A stretch of 64,000 bases of DNA, taken from positions 304,960 through 368,959 of the forward strand of contig PMCS01000029.1 of NCBI GenBank assembly GCA_003154195.1, written 5' to 3'. The position numbers and the translations under genes were made by a program. The DNA comes from Candidatus Omnitrophota bacterium (GTDB lineage: Bacteria > Omnitrophota > Gorgyraeia > Duberdicusellales > 4484-171). A model generated the notes under the pieces. The model made no database searches. It was not told where the DNA came from and saw only the letters and a list, made by a program, of their open reading frames with translations. Position 1 is the first letter of the stretch. Each line of letters begins with the position of its first letter. This document shows, in pieces, positions 62,453 through 64,000 of this stretch.

Positions 62453-63895
62453 ATGACAAAAAATAAATTTTTCCCAACGGGCATAATCTTCGCAGGGTCA
62501 TTTCTTTTCTTCTTTTTCTTGCCCCATATTTTTTATTTGCGCTTTAAGCCGTCGTGGGAACCGTTTATCATGATGTGGCTTAATGTTTGGGGGGCGCACT
62601 ATAACTTTTTGATTGAAACCCCTAAGCCTTTGATGGCGTTTTTAAGCGCAATCTTGCCGCAAAAGTTTTTATATCTTTTTCTGCCTTTGTTCTGCGCTTT
62701 ATGGTGCACGGTGTTAGTTGAGTTGTCAAAAGAGATAACCGGCAAGCGTATCTTCGGGTTATTTGCTGTATTTTTTTGTTTTTTTTGTAACGCGGAGATA
62801 ATCGCCGCCGTTTTTTCCGGAGAGTGGACGGTTATTTATCCGCCTCTCGTGTTTTTCGCTCTTTTATTTTTTATGAGGCAGAAGTATTTTTTGTCTTCGC
62901 TGATTATGCTTTTTGCCGGTTTACTCCGGCCGGAAAGTTGGTTGTACAGCGCATTTTTTCTAATCTGGATGAAATCGCAGAAGAAACACCTGAAGCCGTT
63001 ATATTTTATATCCTTGCTCGCGCCTTTTTTATGGGCGTTGTTTGATTGGCGGCTTTCCGGAGATTGGTTTTATTCTTATCACGCGACGGCAAGGCATGCC
63101 GCGGTCAGCGGTTTTCCCGTGACGACCTTTTTTAATTTTTGGCCGGCCGTCGCCAGGAATACATTTTTACTCTATAATCGGGTAATCTTAAGTTGTGGGA
63201 TAATCTTTGTTTTGATGGATTTATTGAGAAGCTATAAAAAGCAAGGAGAAAAGCATGGTAATTTAATGATGGTTATGGTGATTTTGCCTTTTTTGTTTTA
63301 CTGGGCGCTATCGTTAAAAGGTTCAATCGTCGTTTATCCCCGTTTTTTTGCTTTTTCCTATGCCGTAATATATTTTTGCGCGGTATTGCTTCCCTGGTTG
63401 ATTTTTAAGGAACGTAAAATTTTGACCATATTTTTTCTGGTATTGCTGGCGTTGGTTTCTTTTTCCCGGGATAATCTGGGTTTTGCTGTTACCAAAAGAA
63501 TTTATGATGATAAAATAGATAAAACCTCGCGAGAGTTGGGTGATTTTCTGCAAGGCTATCTGGCTAACCATAAAGTAACCGGTAGGGTATTGGCGGGGAA
63601 TAACGCGTGGTATTTTTCTTTGCGGCTGGGCGAAGAATTTTCTCAAAAAATCATCATGTTTCGCGAGGCCGGGACATATCCGGAGTTGTTAAAAGAAATC
63701 CCGCCGGGTTTGGCCGTATATCAGAAATGGGGTGAGGCGGGAGCCGGCGAAAAGTTTGATTTCTTGCGGCGGCCGCGAAAGTTTGTCGTTAAAAATAAAT
63801 ATATTTTTAACCCCCTATTCGTGACCGGCGACAAATGCGGCATAGTTTATGAAGTTTTTCTAAAGGCAGCGGATAATAAACTTGCTTCTCAATGA
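62453..63895 (+). CDS. Polytopic membrane protein paralogous to the C-terminal domain of the GT2 fusion (putative lipid-linked sugar utilising transferase)
   Basis: MMWLNVWGAHYNFLIETPKPLMAFLSAIL and LLRPESWLY / LAPFLWALFDWRLSGDW blocks are shared with 57221-59374. The ORF is open from 62414. Confidence 0.5.
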   Translation: MTKNKFFPTGIIFAGSFLFFFFLPHIFYLRFKPSWEPFIMMWLNVWGAHYNFLIETPKPLMAFLSAILPQKFLYLFLPLFCALWCTVLVELSKEITGKRIFGLFAVFFCFFCNAEIIAAVFSGEWTVIYPPLVFFALLFFMRQKYFLSSLIMLFAGLLRPESWLYSAFFLIWMKSQKKHLKPLYFISLLAPFLWALFDWRLSGDWFYSYHATARHAAVSGFPVTTFFNFWPAVARNTFLLYNRVILSCGIIFVLMDLLRSYKKQGEKHGNLMMVMVILPFLFYWALSLKGSIVVYPRFFAFSYAVIYFCAVLLPWLIFKERKILTIFFLVLLALVSFSRDNLGFAVTKRIYDDKIDKTSRELGDFLQGYLANHKVTGRVLAGNNAWYFSLRLGEEFSQKIIMFREAGTYPELLKEIPPGLAVYQKWGEAGAGEKFDFLRRPRKFVVKNKYIFNPLFVTGDKCGIVYEVFLKAADNKLASQ

Positions 63896-64000
63896 AACGA
63901 TTGAAAAATTCAGCCATGCTTTATAATTTAAAATTTACTCAATTTGAAAATATTCGCCGGAGCCGGAATTGGTTGAACGATAAGGAAAATTTATTGTTTG

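Noticed and set aside
1-64000. tRNA / rRNA genes
   Set aside because: Scanning for T-arm (GGTTCGAATCC-like) and anticodon-stem patterns found only fragments inside repeat elements (for example tagtcgaatcaatg at 31957) with no cloverleaf context.

Overview
This is a 64-kb bacterial window read with the standard genetic code; TGA/TAA/TAG are used as stops and most genes have AG-rich Shine-Dalgarno sites. The paralogous TMTC-like TPR/PMT-type membrane glycosyltransferases, a secreted serpin and the pervasive small intergenic repeats suggest an uncultivated, Omnitrophota-like lineage, but that is a guess.

Layout of the window:
- 1-2.9 kb: a small island of a DUF91/NucS-like PD-(D/E)xK nuclease, an ORF6N (KilA-N-like) protein and an SRPBCC protein, flanked by low-complexity CACGAAG-type repeats.
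- 2.9-13.8 kb: housekeeping genes: AsmA-like protein, xseA-xseB, htpX, rpsO-pnp, ftsK and rodZ.
- 13.8-17.2 kb: a long structured intergenic region holding a putative sRNA and hairpin repeats, then a DUF1016/YhcG nuclease, an orphan Mut7-C ubiquitin-like protein and a secreted serpin.
- 17.4-24.5 kb: rimO, pgsA, pgpA, a four-gene type IV minor-pilin (pseudopilin / PilX-like) operon, and thpR plus a cinA-C/pncC-like gene on the minus strand.
- 24.6-28.1 kb: an iron/metal locus: an FNR-like reductase, an Nfu-like protein, ferritin, a 45-aa Cys/Lys-rich peptide and an ArsP-family permease fused to an HMA CxxC domain. It also carries an ldh/mdh N-terminal gene remnant and three copies of an AT-rich palindrome.
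- 28.1-30.8 kb: a GH94-like glycoside phosphorylase.
- 31.0-32.6 kb: two type IV major-pilin genes with their own promoters and long structured flanks.
- 33-64 kb: a ~31-kb cluster of predicted glycosyltransferases. It contains five TMTC-like (PMT_2/DUF1736 + TPR) proteins, at least four GT39/ArnT-like proteins, and four further large polytopic membrane proteins that may be GT-C fold enzymes. Alongside these sit two GT2 polyprenol-phosphate sugar synthases (one fused to a membrane domain that has a free-standing paralog) and a GT4. The cluster also holds a B12-binding radical SAM enzyme and a UbiA-family prenyltransferase closely resembling mycobacterial decaprenyl-phosphate phosphoribosyltransferase.

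Several repeat families and conserved hairpin motifs punctuate the intergenic DNA. No rRNA, tRNA or CRISPR array was recognised.
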